A stretch of DNA of 61,055 bases, filler included, from Nemertoderma westbladi (Eukaryota > Animalia > Xenacoelomorpha): the NCBI GenBank assembly GCA_032718475.1. It is 3 parts of 3 records of this genome, joined end to end, with 100 filler letters (N's around TTAATTAATTAA, not from the genome) between each part and the next. Parts side by side here need not be neighbours in the genome. Positions count along the whole stretch, not along the records: positions 1 to 18,940 come from JAUCBJ010007868.1; positions 19,041 to 48,318 come from JAUCBJ010002456.1; 1 more part is not named here. One strand, 5' to 3'. Shown piece by piece: positions 10,491 to 23,811 of the stretch. The translations under genes and the position numbers were made by a program. The stretch's first letter is position 1, and each line of letters starts with the position of its first letter. Under the pieces are notes generated by a model, which was not told where the DNA came from, searched no databases, and saw only the letters and a list, made by a program, of their open reading frames with translations.

Positions 10491-13400
10491 ATTTACATGT
10501 AATTATCTCATATTCCTTTGTAAATTGTTGTGAGTTATCTGATCATAAGAACAGCACAAATAACATGATTGTGATATACTAATATTATATATAAACTATT
10601 ATTGTTCCACAATACGACTAAAAAAAAAAAAGGGCCAAACAACTTCCAGAGTGAAATGCATTTACAATGTGTGTACAAAGTGTAATAATTTCAATTAGTT
10701 TCAAACAGATAATTATTATATACTAGCTAGTAATTTGAATAAAAAGGTACTTTAGAATTAAGATATATACAAAAAAATATATTCACTACACCTAAGCTTA
10801 GGCGTTCTATACTAGGCCAAGTTCTACAACGCCTTGACTACATCAATTATAAATTAGATTCATACTAAAAAAAGTATCACTCAATAACTTTATGCCTGGA
10901 ATTTGTATTCAAGAAAACAACGCGTTAAAAAAAATAGCAATGCAAAAATAAGCCACGACACCCATGAAATAAGGGAATATTGTTAGGACGTCGAATGGAT
11001 TGCTCTCACAGTGCATCATTTCAAATCGTTCCATTTGGGATTTTAAGTTTATAAGACAAAATGAACATCGAGATCATATAAAGTTGGCAAAAATTCAATT
11101 TGAGTTTGCTGAATGACACAAGAGAAACAATATTTTTATATTGGGATATCTAATACTTACTTCGCTTACATGAGCAATGTTGAAATGGACCACTCTTTGA
11201 AACATACATAGTTTGTGAGAAGACACGTAGACAGTCTAATGCAACCAAGTATAATTCAACCTCAATTAAACGCAAGGAAGAAGGCATATTTCAATTGGAC
11301 CTATAAACACCATAAAGGCCATAAATTGTCAAAAGTCGACCTATAGTCTCACAGCGGCTGTAATGTACTTTACGGTCGATATGTGCAAAATAATAAAGAA
11401 ATCTCCCTACCGAAGCATGGCACGCGGGGAGGTTGGAACTTGGAAAACAGATTTTGATAGACTGTTGAATAATCTTGTAACACCGTGGAAACAATCCTAC
11501 CATTTCGAAGACGCAAAATAGACAGTTATTATCCAAAGTCAATTAGTTTTTCCAAAGCCTTCCTCCAATTAATGTTATTTATATTCAGGTCATGTTATTT
11601 TAATAAAGACTTGTGGAGAGTTCTAAGGGGAAAAGCAATTAATTAGCACATATTATACTCATTCACGCATTCGACTACACTCTATGCATGTCGGTGGACC
11701 TGTGGCGTCACCGTCAACGGACCTTGACTTGTTGTACAGTATTCAATAAGTCGACTAATGGAATGTCGTTTGAATAGTTTGGATGAAGAAATTCAAATGA
11801 AAATGGATTATATTTGTTAACAGCACTAATTAATAACTAATTAATAACAATTTCTGTTGTTACAAACATAAAGTAACATTTTTTGTCTGACTTTTTAATC
11901 CACATTTTCGAAGAATAGCAAAAGAACATTTTTTTAATTATTTCTCGAGAGGTTCGATTATTCAGGTTTTGTTCAGAATATTTGACGTATATTTAATTAG
12001 TGCAGCCTAAATCAAAAGGCGCTTACGAATGACACAGTGTGGAGGGTTGATTTGTGTAGGGGAGTTGGATATAACGGGTTTGTAAAAAAGTAAAATGGCA
12101 CAGATGTAAGTGCAGCACCACAATATTTACCAACAAAAATATGTAGTAGTAAAATAACTGCTAAATTGTATCCCTGTAATAACAGCTAAACCCCAAATTG
12201 TATTAGGAATTAGATATAATAAAGTATATACAGTATTTCACCTCTAACGTCATACTACTGTACAGTACAGTATGTATATAACACTAGTAGAATTTAGAAA
12301 GAGTCAAACAACTTCACTTCAGGCGAAAATCGACACAAATGTAAGTCGATTTAGAGCAAAAATTGAATGTAAACTGTTCCGTTGATTGTCTTTAATATAA
12401 GAACCTAAAACATTGTACTTGCGTCAAAAGTCTTGACCACAATAATAATATAATAATATACACCCCCACCCGGGGTAAATTGAAACTGCTAAAAGAATAA
12501 CTGTAAAAGACCGCACTATTAGTAAAATATATACAGTTAGTTATATAAAATAATAAATATTAATTAAATTATAATAAAAGTTGATTAGTGCTTTCGCGGA
12601 GTGGGTTAATCTACTATGGATGCCTCATGGTTGGTTTGCTAGTGTGGATAACGAGGGGTTGCAGGGGCACGTCAGGACATGGTGGATGTGGAGGTTGTCA
12701 CGTGAGCAGAAGCGTTGGAAATGTTTGGACTTAATAAATCGGTCAATCTTTGAGGAAACTTGGTACACATGGAGTCTATCTAAAGTTCATACAACACACA
12801 GACAGAATTCTATAGTTCCCCTGTCGACCGATACGCATTTTATTTAATGCCACGCCACGCAACGTGTAACTATACAGTGTATAGTGCAGTATAGCAAGTG
12901 CGATCCAATATCAATGACGCTGAAATTAAATATATTCCATTCAAGAGGATATAATTATTGAGGGACTCAAAAAATGAAACAACAGTAAGAAAATTCATGA
13001 GATATAATTATTCACCATGATGAACGCATATGTGCAATAACTAATAGGTTGACACAAACGGCTCTGCATCTAGTAGTACAAGAGTAGGTGCTTATGCTAG
13101 TACTAATCGATCGCTGTAATTAAGTGATTGACAGGGCAGTACATTATTATACAGTAAAGAATTTCAGACATTCCTGTTTGGTTCAATATCAATATACAGT
13201 AGCCAAGTCAGTATATTTTTGGTTTAATAGGTTACGTAACAACGTTGAACGTAATTTGAGTAAAATCCATGCACAGGGCACAGCACACACCCAAAAGTTA
13301 TTGCAACTTTAGGGTTTTCAAGCCGTACTCCAAAATGGAACTCAATATCTAATATTGGTTTATGTAGTTAAGCGGCTCTTTAGTTACGTATTAAATATAC

Positions 13401-14313
13401 GAGAACACTAAATTATTTAACATTAAGTAAGGCGACATCAGGAGTTGAAGAGTACAATAATTACAATATCAGTATGGAAGCAATATAGTAAAATACTACA
13501 GTTAAATTTATTTTGTAACACTATTATTCGTTAATCTTATATTAAAGAATTAAGAAACAAAAACGTACCAATTCAAGAATAAAATTACGTACTACATAGG
13601 AAAAAAATGTAGAACATTTTTTTTCAATAATTTGTATTCTTTACGTACGTGAACTTTTTTTTTCCTAACTATTTTTGCTCTTGAAAATATATTAAAGCTT
13701 CCTCATTCATTTAATTTTACTAACTAAGTACAGTAATTAAATTACTTCAGTAGTAATAAGCTATAAAAAAGTAAACACATAATGTTATATTAATTATTAT
13801 TTAAATAACATATGGCGGAATAGGTGGGTAAATATAACATGGCAATGGTTTGCATTATATTGATCGCTCCAGTTTTATCTAGTGCAGAAAGACTCTAATC
13901 GTTATTATTTCAACATAGACTTTGCTCAGCCAGCGCTCACTGAGCCTTATCGGCAAGAAGTGGAAATAATTATTGATAATGGTTTTATGCACAGGGCTAT
14001 AGGTAATAATATACAAAATTGTTTTGGACTTCATATTATCATATAATACGGAACTAAATCTGACCTAAACGCGGTTATTGTATTAAGTCTAAGTTAAGGT
14101 CAACAGCCGCAACAACAGTTGTTTAATTGAAAGCCTCCCTAACAGAGGTTGCGTGTGCAATGACAACTGCTTTTTCGATTTACTGTCTGTGGTTAGTGGT
14201 TGTTGACTGTACTTGACTAAATTTAACCCCTTCACGACCACAATCGAACTACTGGACAGAAATTGCTGATATCATTTATCTGTCGACAAAATCGCCGAAA
14301 TAGAGTTAAAATA

Positions 14314-14525
14314 CAGACAGGGGGGTAACTGGACACAAATCCCATCTTGGCGAATTAATATCCCGCCTCAATGTTAAAATCTCAAATTAGGGAAAGGAGC
14401 AGGTTACAGTGGGACGTTATTTTAACCAAAACAATAAACTAAACACAATAGAACAGGTTACAGTTTTATTTTTGACAGTAATCAGCTCTTATTTTATTCG
14501 AATTTCCCCTGGAGAGGGATGCAGT
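14314..14525 (-). mobile_element. G-tract MITE family copy (truncated)
   Basis: Reverse complement of the 47377-47683 copy: ACTGGACACAAATCCCATCTTGGCGAATTAATATC...GAAAGGAGCAGGTTACA. Confidence 0.8.
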
Positions 14526-14530
14526 TTTAC

Positions 14531-15103
14531 CACTACTACTAGGTCGAGCGAACTCGGACAGTGGAAATGAGATCCTTCCAGGCTTCCCGATTCTCCATAG
14601 TTGTCGCTATTTCGTTTCTCCCAAGTTCAGTATCCCTTTCAAGTTGATCTATATATGTTATGGCCGGTCGTCCACGACTACGCTTTCCATGAGTTGGTTG
14701 CCAGAGAAGTAGATCTGGTATGACCTTGTCTTTACTTCGCCAGCAGTGCCCACTGAATCTTAATCTGCGTTCACGGAGGGTGGTTGATACAGGTGGTATT
14801 GTACCATAAAGCTCGGCGTTTGTCATGTGTTGTCTCCAGCTGATGTTTAGGGCTGCCCTTAGTAGTCTTGTGTAGCAACCATCAATTCGTTGTTCAAGTG
14901 ATTTAGTCAGTGTCCAGGTCTCACCCCATTATAAAATACACTTTCCACTGTGGCTCGAAAGAACTTAGTCTTCAGGTGCCTGGAGAGATCTGATTTCCAG
15001 ATGGTATCCATTTTTGATAGAGCTACCCAAGCCTTTGCTTTCCTAACTTCTATGTCCTTTTTGCTACTCTCTATCCATGATACAAGGTACTGGAAGTCAC
15101 TGG
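14531..15103 (-). mobile_element. 5'-truncated RTE-type LINE, family A (3' end), decayed
   Basis: RRLRFSGHCWR...LLLWQPTHGKRSRGRP...YIDQLERDT C-terminal motif, a frameshift upstream, and a (TAG)n tail. Confidence 0.85.
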
Positions 15104-15857
15104 AAGTTTTACTATATGATTTATCAATTAGTAGGCCTAAGGGATGGTGGAAATTTGGAAATTTTTTGTGGGAAAATTATGGAATATTGAAAATTGTATA
15201 GAATCGAAAATTTGAAATGAAATATATAATACAAATGAAAAAAAAACAATTTTCGGAATATAACTGGAAATTCCCGTAGTTTGCATTTTCTAGTAGTTTG
15301 GAGGCTAATGCAGCATTAGTCAATACACTAGCTGGGCGGGACAAGTGCAGTAGTTTCAAATATCATTGACTAAATGCACCACCCCAGCCTGACTACGTAC
15401 CAACGACAACGACTATATTGAGTTCATTGAAGAGTTGTTTGAAAATTAGTAGGTAGTGGGGGTATGTATTGCGGTTGAAGGTTAGTGGGTGGAGAGGGTA
15501 CGTAGCGTAAAATGAGAGCAAAACTATGGCATGTAGAGTACGTTAATAATGAGTGCAAATGGACATTGGCGCAGATTGGAAAGGGACCTTTGCTAGGGAA
15601 ATAGACTGAGGGAAAACAAGGGTACAAGAGAACGTATTATTATTAGATGAATTTACTGAACTTACCAAAGGGCGGGACAAGTGCAGTAGTTACAACATGA
15701 TGCACCACTGAGCTTACACCGGCCAGTGGTAAGCAGTTGAAGTGAAGGTAGGTGACGATAGTGCATTAGGTAATTTATATATCGCTTAATGTAGGCGGCA
15801 ATGTGGCTGATTCGTAACAACGTACACAAAGTATGATCGTACGTATAATGCCGGTGT

Positions 15858-16292
15858 ACAAGGCTGAGATAACTCCCTCTTGAAATGACTCCCCAGTCAT
15901 CTCAGCCTAGGCTGAGAACACTTCCCAGTTATCTCAGCCTAGGCTGAGAACATTCCTCAGTTATCTGGGCTGAGAACACTACCCTTAGGCTGAGATGACT
16001 CACCTTAGGCTGAGATGACTCCCCTAATTGAGTTATAATTCATATCCGTACCTACCTGTGTTATTTTAGTATATTGCAAAAATAAAACTGTGACCTATGT
16101 TATTGAGATATCGTTTATTGTTTTGGTTACAAAAGCCCGCCACTGTAACATGCTCCTTTCAGTTAATTAAGAAATCTAGGGAGAAAACTGGGGAGTGTTC
16201 TCAGCCTACTGGCCTAGGCTGAGAAGACTGGGGAGTGTCCTAGGCTGAGAAGACTGCGGATTCATATTTGGTGGGGAGTTATCTCAGCCTGT
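15858..16292. mobile_element. MITE with TIRs and subterminal AGGCTGAGA repeats
   Basis: AGGCTGAGATAACTCCC at the left, GGGGAGTTATCTCAGCCT at the right, ~10 internal AGGCTGAGA/TCTCAGCCT motifs. Confidence 0.7.
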
Positions 16293-18537
16293 TAGGGCAA
16301 TCGGGGGCATTAAGTCATTAATTTTAATGGTTACTGTGGTAGGCCTACTGCACTTCATAAAAAAAGCGATTTTTTTTCTTTATATTTGGCAATGACATCT
16401 TAGCATCTGGTATGAAAACTAATTTCACAGTTTTGTATCAAATGATAGTACAAAAAAACGAAAATAATCAGAGCTACATAATTCCTTAAGGTAAAGTTTA
16501 GGGTGAAACTTTTTCAGTGTATGCTGAAACTGCCTATACCGGGCTGCAGTCCGTAGGGCCTATAGAAGTTACTGCCAAGTATAAGAAGTGAAACTTACCT
16601 TCACAACTTCAACATCGAAATATAATTCCTTCAATTTTCTAATCTAGTAGGCCAGTCTGCCAGTAGAGGCCTGGCCTATACAATAGTTTTAACTTTAAAT
16701 AATGCCAGGTACTGTATAACTGTAAATTGACTATGACAGAACAGAAATGGGAATGCACCAAATACAGTTGGCCTACCGATTTAGACTCAGTTTGCATTTC
16801 TGTGTAGTAAGTAAAGTACCACACCACACCGATGCAGTACTGAACTATAGGCTGAATACAATCGGACTATAGATTTTGCAATGAAATAGGCCTAAAATAT
16901 TATTGAAACTGAAAGATAATGATGTAGGCGTAGGCCTAGACAGTAGACTGACAGACACTTAGACTGTCTCCCTCACTAACTGTACTGCCACTATACCGGT
17001 ACTAGCTTTTGCTTCCGTTACCGGTTACTGCTACTTATTGTAGTGTATCAAAACCATTACAATGAATAAATACGTGAACAACAAACCTACCGCTAACCTT
17101 ACAGTACACAGCACCATATAAACTTAAAATAACAAAACCCCTGCGCATAGGCTACCGCGCTGCACCTAAACTTATTGGTGGTGGGTTTCAACACAATGTT
17201 TTCAACTGGTCCGCTATATCTAAATTGCTGCACAGCTAAACTGCGGAATACTAATACTACTACGACTAAATTAAATAATGCCTACGTCATAAATATTCCT
17301 AATAATAATATATATGATAAGTAATGAACTATAAGAACTGTAGTACACAAAGAAAAATCTTTCAGGGGTGCCAATATTGAATTATTAATTACTGGAGTAA
17401 CTGACTGACTAATACTTAGCAGTATGGGGGAACGAACTTGATAATAATATACTTGGCTTTTATAGAGAAAAAGCGACTGCTTATAAAGAAACGTAGGCAC
17501 AACTTCCAGCAACATGCTCAGAACAGAACACTGACATGTGAAATTACAGTGGTTATTCCCCTGACCAACAAACCTAACTGTCCAATGGTGTCGCCCCACA
17601 TCCCCTCGCAACGTTAGCTGCCCTGGGGGAAACTTAAAGTACATGTACATCTCAGGAATATAATAGATATGTTATAGGAGGCCTGAACGAACAAGTCAGT
17701 GTCAGGGACCAACTGAATTGGTCCCTGTCCCGCTTTCATACAGCCAATCATGGATGGTAAACAATGGCCATTGTGTATGCGGGGCCCTTTTAGGAGCAAA
17801 CCCAACCATTCATTATGAATGTATGATATTGAATAGAATTAGTGAGCTAGGGTACAGATGCTGTAGTATGCTATGACTTTATATTGTATAATTGCCAGAT
17901 CCGTATAGATCCTTTGCTTTGTGGGGGTCATTATAACTTATCCTAACTGCCCAGTAAAAAATCCCCATGCGTAACGCATTCGTACCACATGCAGCATTCG
18001 TAAAAGGTGCGTGCAATGTTATTTAAGATTCGTGAAGCCTTCGTCAATGGTTCGTCAGTCCGAATAATTTAACGAATGCGTATAGTATTCGTATCGCATG
18101 TGAGATTTCACTTGTAAATATATTCGTGGCTCATCATTCGCGGCACATGCGATACGAATGCTTCCACTCCACACAAAAAATAATTCGTGGTTCATTCGTT
18201 CGTGGCACATGCGATACGAATGCTTAGCCACGCCACGCTTAAAATTATTCGTGACGCATGCGATACGCATGCAAAGCACTCTCAATTCGAGTACCGTACA
18301 GACTGTAATACTGGCCAATCACCATTCGGCAAATAATCGAACATAGTGTTATTAGTTAGTAGCTCTCCCCCTTTGTTACCAGTCAGCCAGTCCCATGTAC
18401 TTTTACTATATATTTATTTAATGGGTTGCCCAGTAATTCTCAACTCCCGTTTATTATTTTGGTTCCCCATTATTTTGGTATGTAAACCTGTTCCCTTTAC
18501 CAACATGCTTGATATACTGTAATAATGTAAAGGTTAT

Positions 18538-18762
18538 GTACTGTAGGCTAGGTGAGATAATTAATGACAACATAAAAACTACTGTATTAACTTAACGAAC
18601 TACAGTATGTAGGCATACTTATAGTATGTAGGCACTAGGCACCCCCCCCCCCCCCCCCCCCCCCCCACCCGTAGTTTTAGCCCCTGTACAGTAGTACTCA
18701 TTTCCCAAAGTTATTACAGTAGTTTTATGTTGTCATTATTTATCTCACCTGGCCTACAGTAC
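18538..18762. mobile_element. Foldback element: ~50-bp inverted arms around a poly-C tract
   Basis: ACTGTAGGCTAGGTGAGATAATTAATGACAACATAAAAACTACTGTA versus TACAGTAGTTTTATGTTGTCATTATTTATCTCACCTGGCCTACAGT. Confidence 0.75.
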
Positions 18763-18940
18763 AGTACCAATACATATTATAAAGCATGTGGCATTTTTAT
18801 TAAATTGTACGTGTGGATGGTGATATTCTCACACAGTTTCTTAGGCCTCCAGGTCGAATTTGTTTAATTCGCTATAAAACGCCATTAAAAAGTCTACTGA
18901 TATACTGTAGCAGTTAATTACCGGTTACCTGCTACAGTAG

Positions 18941-19040
18941 NNNNNNNNNNNNNNNNNNNNNNNNNNNNNNNNNNNNNNNNNNNNTTAATTAATTAANNNN
19001 NNNNNNNNNNNNNNNNNNNNNNNNNNNNNNNNNNNNNNNN
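18941..19040. other. Scaffold gap with artificial six-frame stop linker
   Basis: N44-TTAATTAATTAA-N44, identical to the gap at 48319. Confidence 0.97.
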
Positions 19041-20910
19041 GAATAATTCGCTCGGGGTCCAGGACCTGAACTGTATCCGGGGCAGTTCTACGGGGCACAG
19101 GTAGCTTAGTGCTATGCAAAGGGAATTTAGAGGTAGTCTCAGGGAGCACAGGTATGTCTATCACCGAAGGGGTGATTTCAAGAACAGGCCTAATTATTTC
19201 AGGCTCATCTACTATAGTAGGGAGTCTTTCTATTTTAATTATTTGGTCTGTGGGCTCTGTACTACCTAAGTTGGTGTTATTTAGTTGCCTTCTAACAGCT
19301 GGAGGCAAATCAGGCAATTTCTGACGGTGGAATGTTCTTTTACGTCTACTTAGACGAGATCTATTTCCCTTGCCTTCAGTATCGGTGGTATCGCCTTCCT
19401 CAGATGATGTATATCCCTGTCTTTTGGGAGTAGATCGATTCATCATCTGCATATTACTAGCTGCTAACTGTTTATTTATGCAGTCTTGATTCTCCTGAAT
19501 GTTTTCCAATTCTAATTGGGTGGTTTCGTCAGCCGCTTTCCTTTCTGCTTCTGCCACTTTTGCCTCTGCCGCTGCCTCTGCCACTGCCTCTGCCGCTTTT
19601 GCCTCTGCCGCTGCCTCTGCCGCTTTTGCCTCTGCCGCTGCCTCTGCCGCTTTTGCCTTGGCCGCTGCCTCCGCCGCTTTTGCCTTGGCCGCTGCCGCCT
19701 TTCTTTCTGCTTCTGCAGCTACTACTGCTGCTTTCTTTCTGTCTTCTATACGTTTTTTCTTTACTTGTTCTTCTTGGTCTCTAGCGATGCGGAGTTGTTC
19801 ATCGAATTTAGCTTGGTTCGCCGCTAACCTATCCACATCAATTGCATCCAACACACGCTGGGCTCCTTCACTATTAGGGCTAAGCCCATCTAGTCTTCTC
19901 CGCAACTCTTCATCACCTACGAAACGCTGATAGTCTGACAGATAGATGTCAATGGCATCCCTCTTATGCGGTTTCTCTGCCGTCGCTTCACTTTCCACTT
20001 GGGAAAAAGTAGCGTCTGTTGATTCTCCATGGGTTGATCGCTCCTCTAGCTGAGCTTTCCACTGAGCAGTTCCTCGAACCTGGAGATTCACTCTTTGAAA
20101 CCAAGTCTTTACGGCAACTTGCAACGACGTGTCTTGTCTTCTTTTAGAAGCCTCCTCAAAGGCGGATAAGATTAGCCTAATCCGCAGAACTCTTTCTCTA
20201 ACTTGATAAAGCAGCGATCCCTGCTCTTGAGGTCCTTGAGGTTGTTGAAACAGTTGTCTCTCTACTCGCTCCATAGAGCTGAAGAATCCCTGTGCGTATC
20301 CGGCTGCGGACCTCTTCCATACAGCTGGATCGATGGTTTCCTTGGCTACTCCCATCCGGTGTATGTCTTCCCAGGCAGCTTCTGATAAATCAAACGGGAG
20401 TCCGGGTCCGGGGAAGTTCCATTGCGACTCGACAATAGACTTCAGTTCTTCACTAGTGTATCCCGCGTAACTATCTCTAGTTGACCGTTGACTTCTCGCC
20501 CAATCGATCTGGTGTTCTTCCACCGCGATCAATAACCCAGCGAGCACGGCTGCAGGAAGGATGAGAAGGGGATCCGTATAAACCGCATCCGTCATCTCTG
20601 CTCCGCTCTCGGGTGTCAGCTCTACAGTATCCTCACTACTGGAGCTGCTGGGCCGCTGAGGAATAAGTTCTTGACTAGTGGGTTGTTGCTGTTCCGCTGC
20701 CTTTTGGTCCCGCTTGACCTGAGCTCGAGTGCCTATGATAGACCTACGATGTTGGACCAGCCTAGGTTCTGTTATTACTACTGGAGGGATGACCTTCCTC
20801 ACAGTGGGAGGTGAACTGGATTTACGACCAGACGGTTGTACGTCTCTATCTGAGTCGCAGATAGTTACATCTAATAAACTGTCTGACAGGTTCTGCTTAG
20901 TATCAGACAT
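19041..20910 (-). CDS. Element N-terminal ORF (ORF0 / extended Gag N-terminus), >620 aa, truncated by gap
   Basis: Open from ATG 20910 to the gap. Clear paralogue of 51543-53612, with an Ala/Glu/Lys-rich repeat. Confidence 0.85.
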
Positions 20911-22619
20911 GACTAGGTATGTACAGTTGAATGCCTACTGCTATATTACAGTCTAAGCAAGTCTAGTAACTCAGTATGAACTGCTAGCCTAGTAATTAAT
21001 TACCGTTACTGCTACTCAGTGTAGCGTGATATATATATAATATATTAGAATACCGGTATACTTATAGTATATATAACTATATAAGTATTATTACAGACTA
21101 GGTTTATCACAGAATACCGGTATAATTTTAGCACAAATATATATAAATATATAATAGGCCTATCGGAATACCGGTATACAGCTTACAGTTTGTAGTATAT
21201 ATAATTCTGGAATAGAATTAATTACAAGTACCGGTATAATTTCAGCCTAGATTTATAGAAATAAAGATAATAGGCCTATCGTAAATACCGGTATATCAAT
21301 TATTTCAGAATAATTGAATTTCTGTTACTTTAGGGTTACTTGGTTACTTTAACTTACTTTATTACCGTTATTTAAGCAGTAATCCAACTGATATTGAGAC
21401 CTAATGGTTGTATGGTAGGCCTACTATTTATAAATCGTTAGATTTGATTTATAATATATATATACCCGTTTTAATGGGTTTTGTCAATGTTTGAAATAAA
21501 TGTTATTATTTCTGGGGAGTAATCACTACACAAAGCGGTGCGCTTTCAGTGAAGTGTTACTTATAGGACACTAAAACAAATAATACTAATTTACCTAAGT
21601 TACTTAATACTACAAATTACGTACAATTCGGGTTGAGATTACAATCTCTAAATAAACACAAAAATTTACAAAAACACAAAATACGAATTTTTTAGGGTAA
21701 TTTTACAAGAAGTCTACAAACCAGCCTAACAAAGGGTTAGAAACCGGTTATTACAACGGACAGGGTACTACGGTATTTGAAATAATAAGTAGTAGTAAAT
21801 ACACTGCGTTGTCTAGATAGGAAAATACCACCGCCTGACGACCTATAGCCGTATCGCTATAGGTTCTACGTTATGTATCACGGAGTGTTCCTACCTAGAA
21901 GTTAATAGAGCTAATCGAATGTGCCTATCAACCACTTTACAACACAAATATAATGCCTACACTAATTACTTTCGGAAAGGCTACCCGTACAGACTTACAC
22001 AAACAAAGTACAGACTAAACGATGGCAGACTACTCTCAAGCCTAAATAAACCACAGGACATGCAGACTCCGAAATGATTAGGGAGTATGCGCTCTAACCC
22101 AGTAGTGCGACTTATTCTTTAGTTGGGGGTTTACCTTACCGCATTGGCTGCCCCTACTTCCTAACCGTACTTAATCGGACAAGTGCTCTACACACACTGT
22201 AATCCGTTCAGACTTAATAACAGCCAGACAACAGCTCAGCCTACAAATTGTCTGTACAATCTGATGAGGTTTACACGCCTTCTGTTCAATACTGGCCTAC
22301 AAACAAATAAAACTTGACAGAAATAAGTAAAAATCTCAATAAAAAAACCAGGGCTGCAGTCCCTGATTAATTATTAAGGCCTACTGGTATATAACAATCA
22401 AAATCGAATAATACTGCTGTACCTGTACTGCTGTAGGTACCGGTCCGGGTAGTTAGGTAGTCAGGCCTACTGGTACCGGTTCTGGCAGTTGGGCCTACTG
22501 ACCTACAGATGTACCGGTTGACTGGTACTTTCAACTTTATTGCTTACTGCAATAAAGAAGCTATATCCTTTAATGTTCGCGCTTTCAGACCTTTGGCAGT
22601 TTAACCCACCAAATTAAGA

Positions 22620-23811
22620 TGTCTTCTAGATATTAAATCGGTTTTTAGTCTATGACAAGTATTTGATTCACTACACTAGTCGAAACCAATCTGTGCGCGA
22701 TCATTCACCCGCTGGATATTCCCGGGAGATTGGGTTCGATGGTTTAATTTTATTGCTATGTAAGCCTAATGTATTATTCGACTGACAGTATTATATAATC
22801 TCTGACAATATTATTCACCTTCGGGAATATTAACAGTTCCTTTAGGACGTGGCGCTTTATCTATATAAACAGAGTTATGACTTAAACTACTCACAACGAT
22901 ATGGCTTAATTATAATTCACATATATGGCGCATTCTTTAGGAATTGCTTCTTTAACAGACTCACTCATACACAATGCTGCACAATACTGCACACTAATCT
23001 GCCAATCTTCACTGATTTTAGTCACATATAAAAGGAACACAGACTGACTCATGTAGGGTCTATCAAATAACATTAGATTCACTTCAAACCACTTTAACAT
23101 AAGTCACAATCGTTTATCTGTAACCCTTCTCTCTTACCTTCGGTATATCAAGAATATTGGGTTTCGGGGTTATTTATCGTTATTCCAAATATAATTATTC
23201 ATCAACCATATTATGAAGAACTGACGGTAAATAGCAGTATAAAACAACAATGAAAACACTGATTGTTATGAGTTTGCAATGTTTCAGCAGTCAGCATGTA
23301 TGATCAGTCAGCAGTGATTCCATGAGTCAGGTAGTTAAAGGATATATGTCCTTGTAATTAAACCTACTAGTGTAAGACTAAAAACAGTAAAGCACAAAAA
23401 ACTTCCAAGCCGTTCTTTCTTTGGCTCAGGACTGAATGTAAACACTGCACATAGGCATTGCGTCATTTCTCGGAAATTTTCTGTACAAGGAGCCACAAAA
23501 ACGCTCTAATTGGCTGACTGAACTGAGAGACGCCGTAGAACAAAGGAAATCAACACGTATGAATGTCAGCTGTTAACCGTAGTCATAGTAACTACTGTTC
23601 AAGAGTAGCTATCACCCCTTTGCGTCACGAATTGCCATAGAATCATAAAATATGCCTTTCACAGTACACATACGGAGGAAATAGGTCTTAGATCCTCTAA
23701 AAACACCGATACAGCAATAATACGGTCTCTTACACTTATTAAATCAACTACAGAGTATTTTAATGTAAAAGATAATAAAAATAACGGGGCAATTCAGCAA
23801 AGGCTTTTACA
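22620..23811 (-). repeat. Putative 5' LTR of copy 1 (~1.19 kb)
   Basis: Minus strand TGT...ACA followed by 8 nt and TGG, the same geometry as copy 2. Conserved CCAAT box near 23510. No 3' LTR is visible to confirm it. Confidence 0.55.

Larger units (their letters stand above)
19041..23811 (-). mobile_element. Bel/Pao-type LTR retrotransposon copy 1 (5' part, cut by gap)
   Basis: Collinear with 51680-56763 across ORF, leader and LTR. Homology ends at a shared minus-strand terminus TGTAAAAGC(C/T)TTTGC. Confidence 0.85.

Noticed and set aside
18985-18996. TTAATTAATTAA as a biological motif or as the ORF0 stop
   Set aside because: Artificial linker centred in both N gaps.
19109-20956. Plus-strand Cys-, Ala- or Leu/Pro-rich ORFs (also 51673-53432 and 4866-7178)
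   Set aside because: Antisense shadows of repetitive minus-strand coding sequence.
22261-22290. CTGATGAG as a hammerhead core in the element leader
   Set aside because: No GAAA after the stem, and not conserved in copy 2 (CTGAGCAG).
19041-23811. The two LTR-element copies as an assembly duplication or haplotypes
   Set aside because: Substantial divergence, large indels and different flanks indicate independent insertions.
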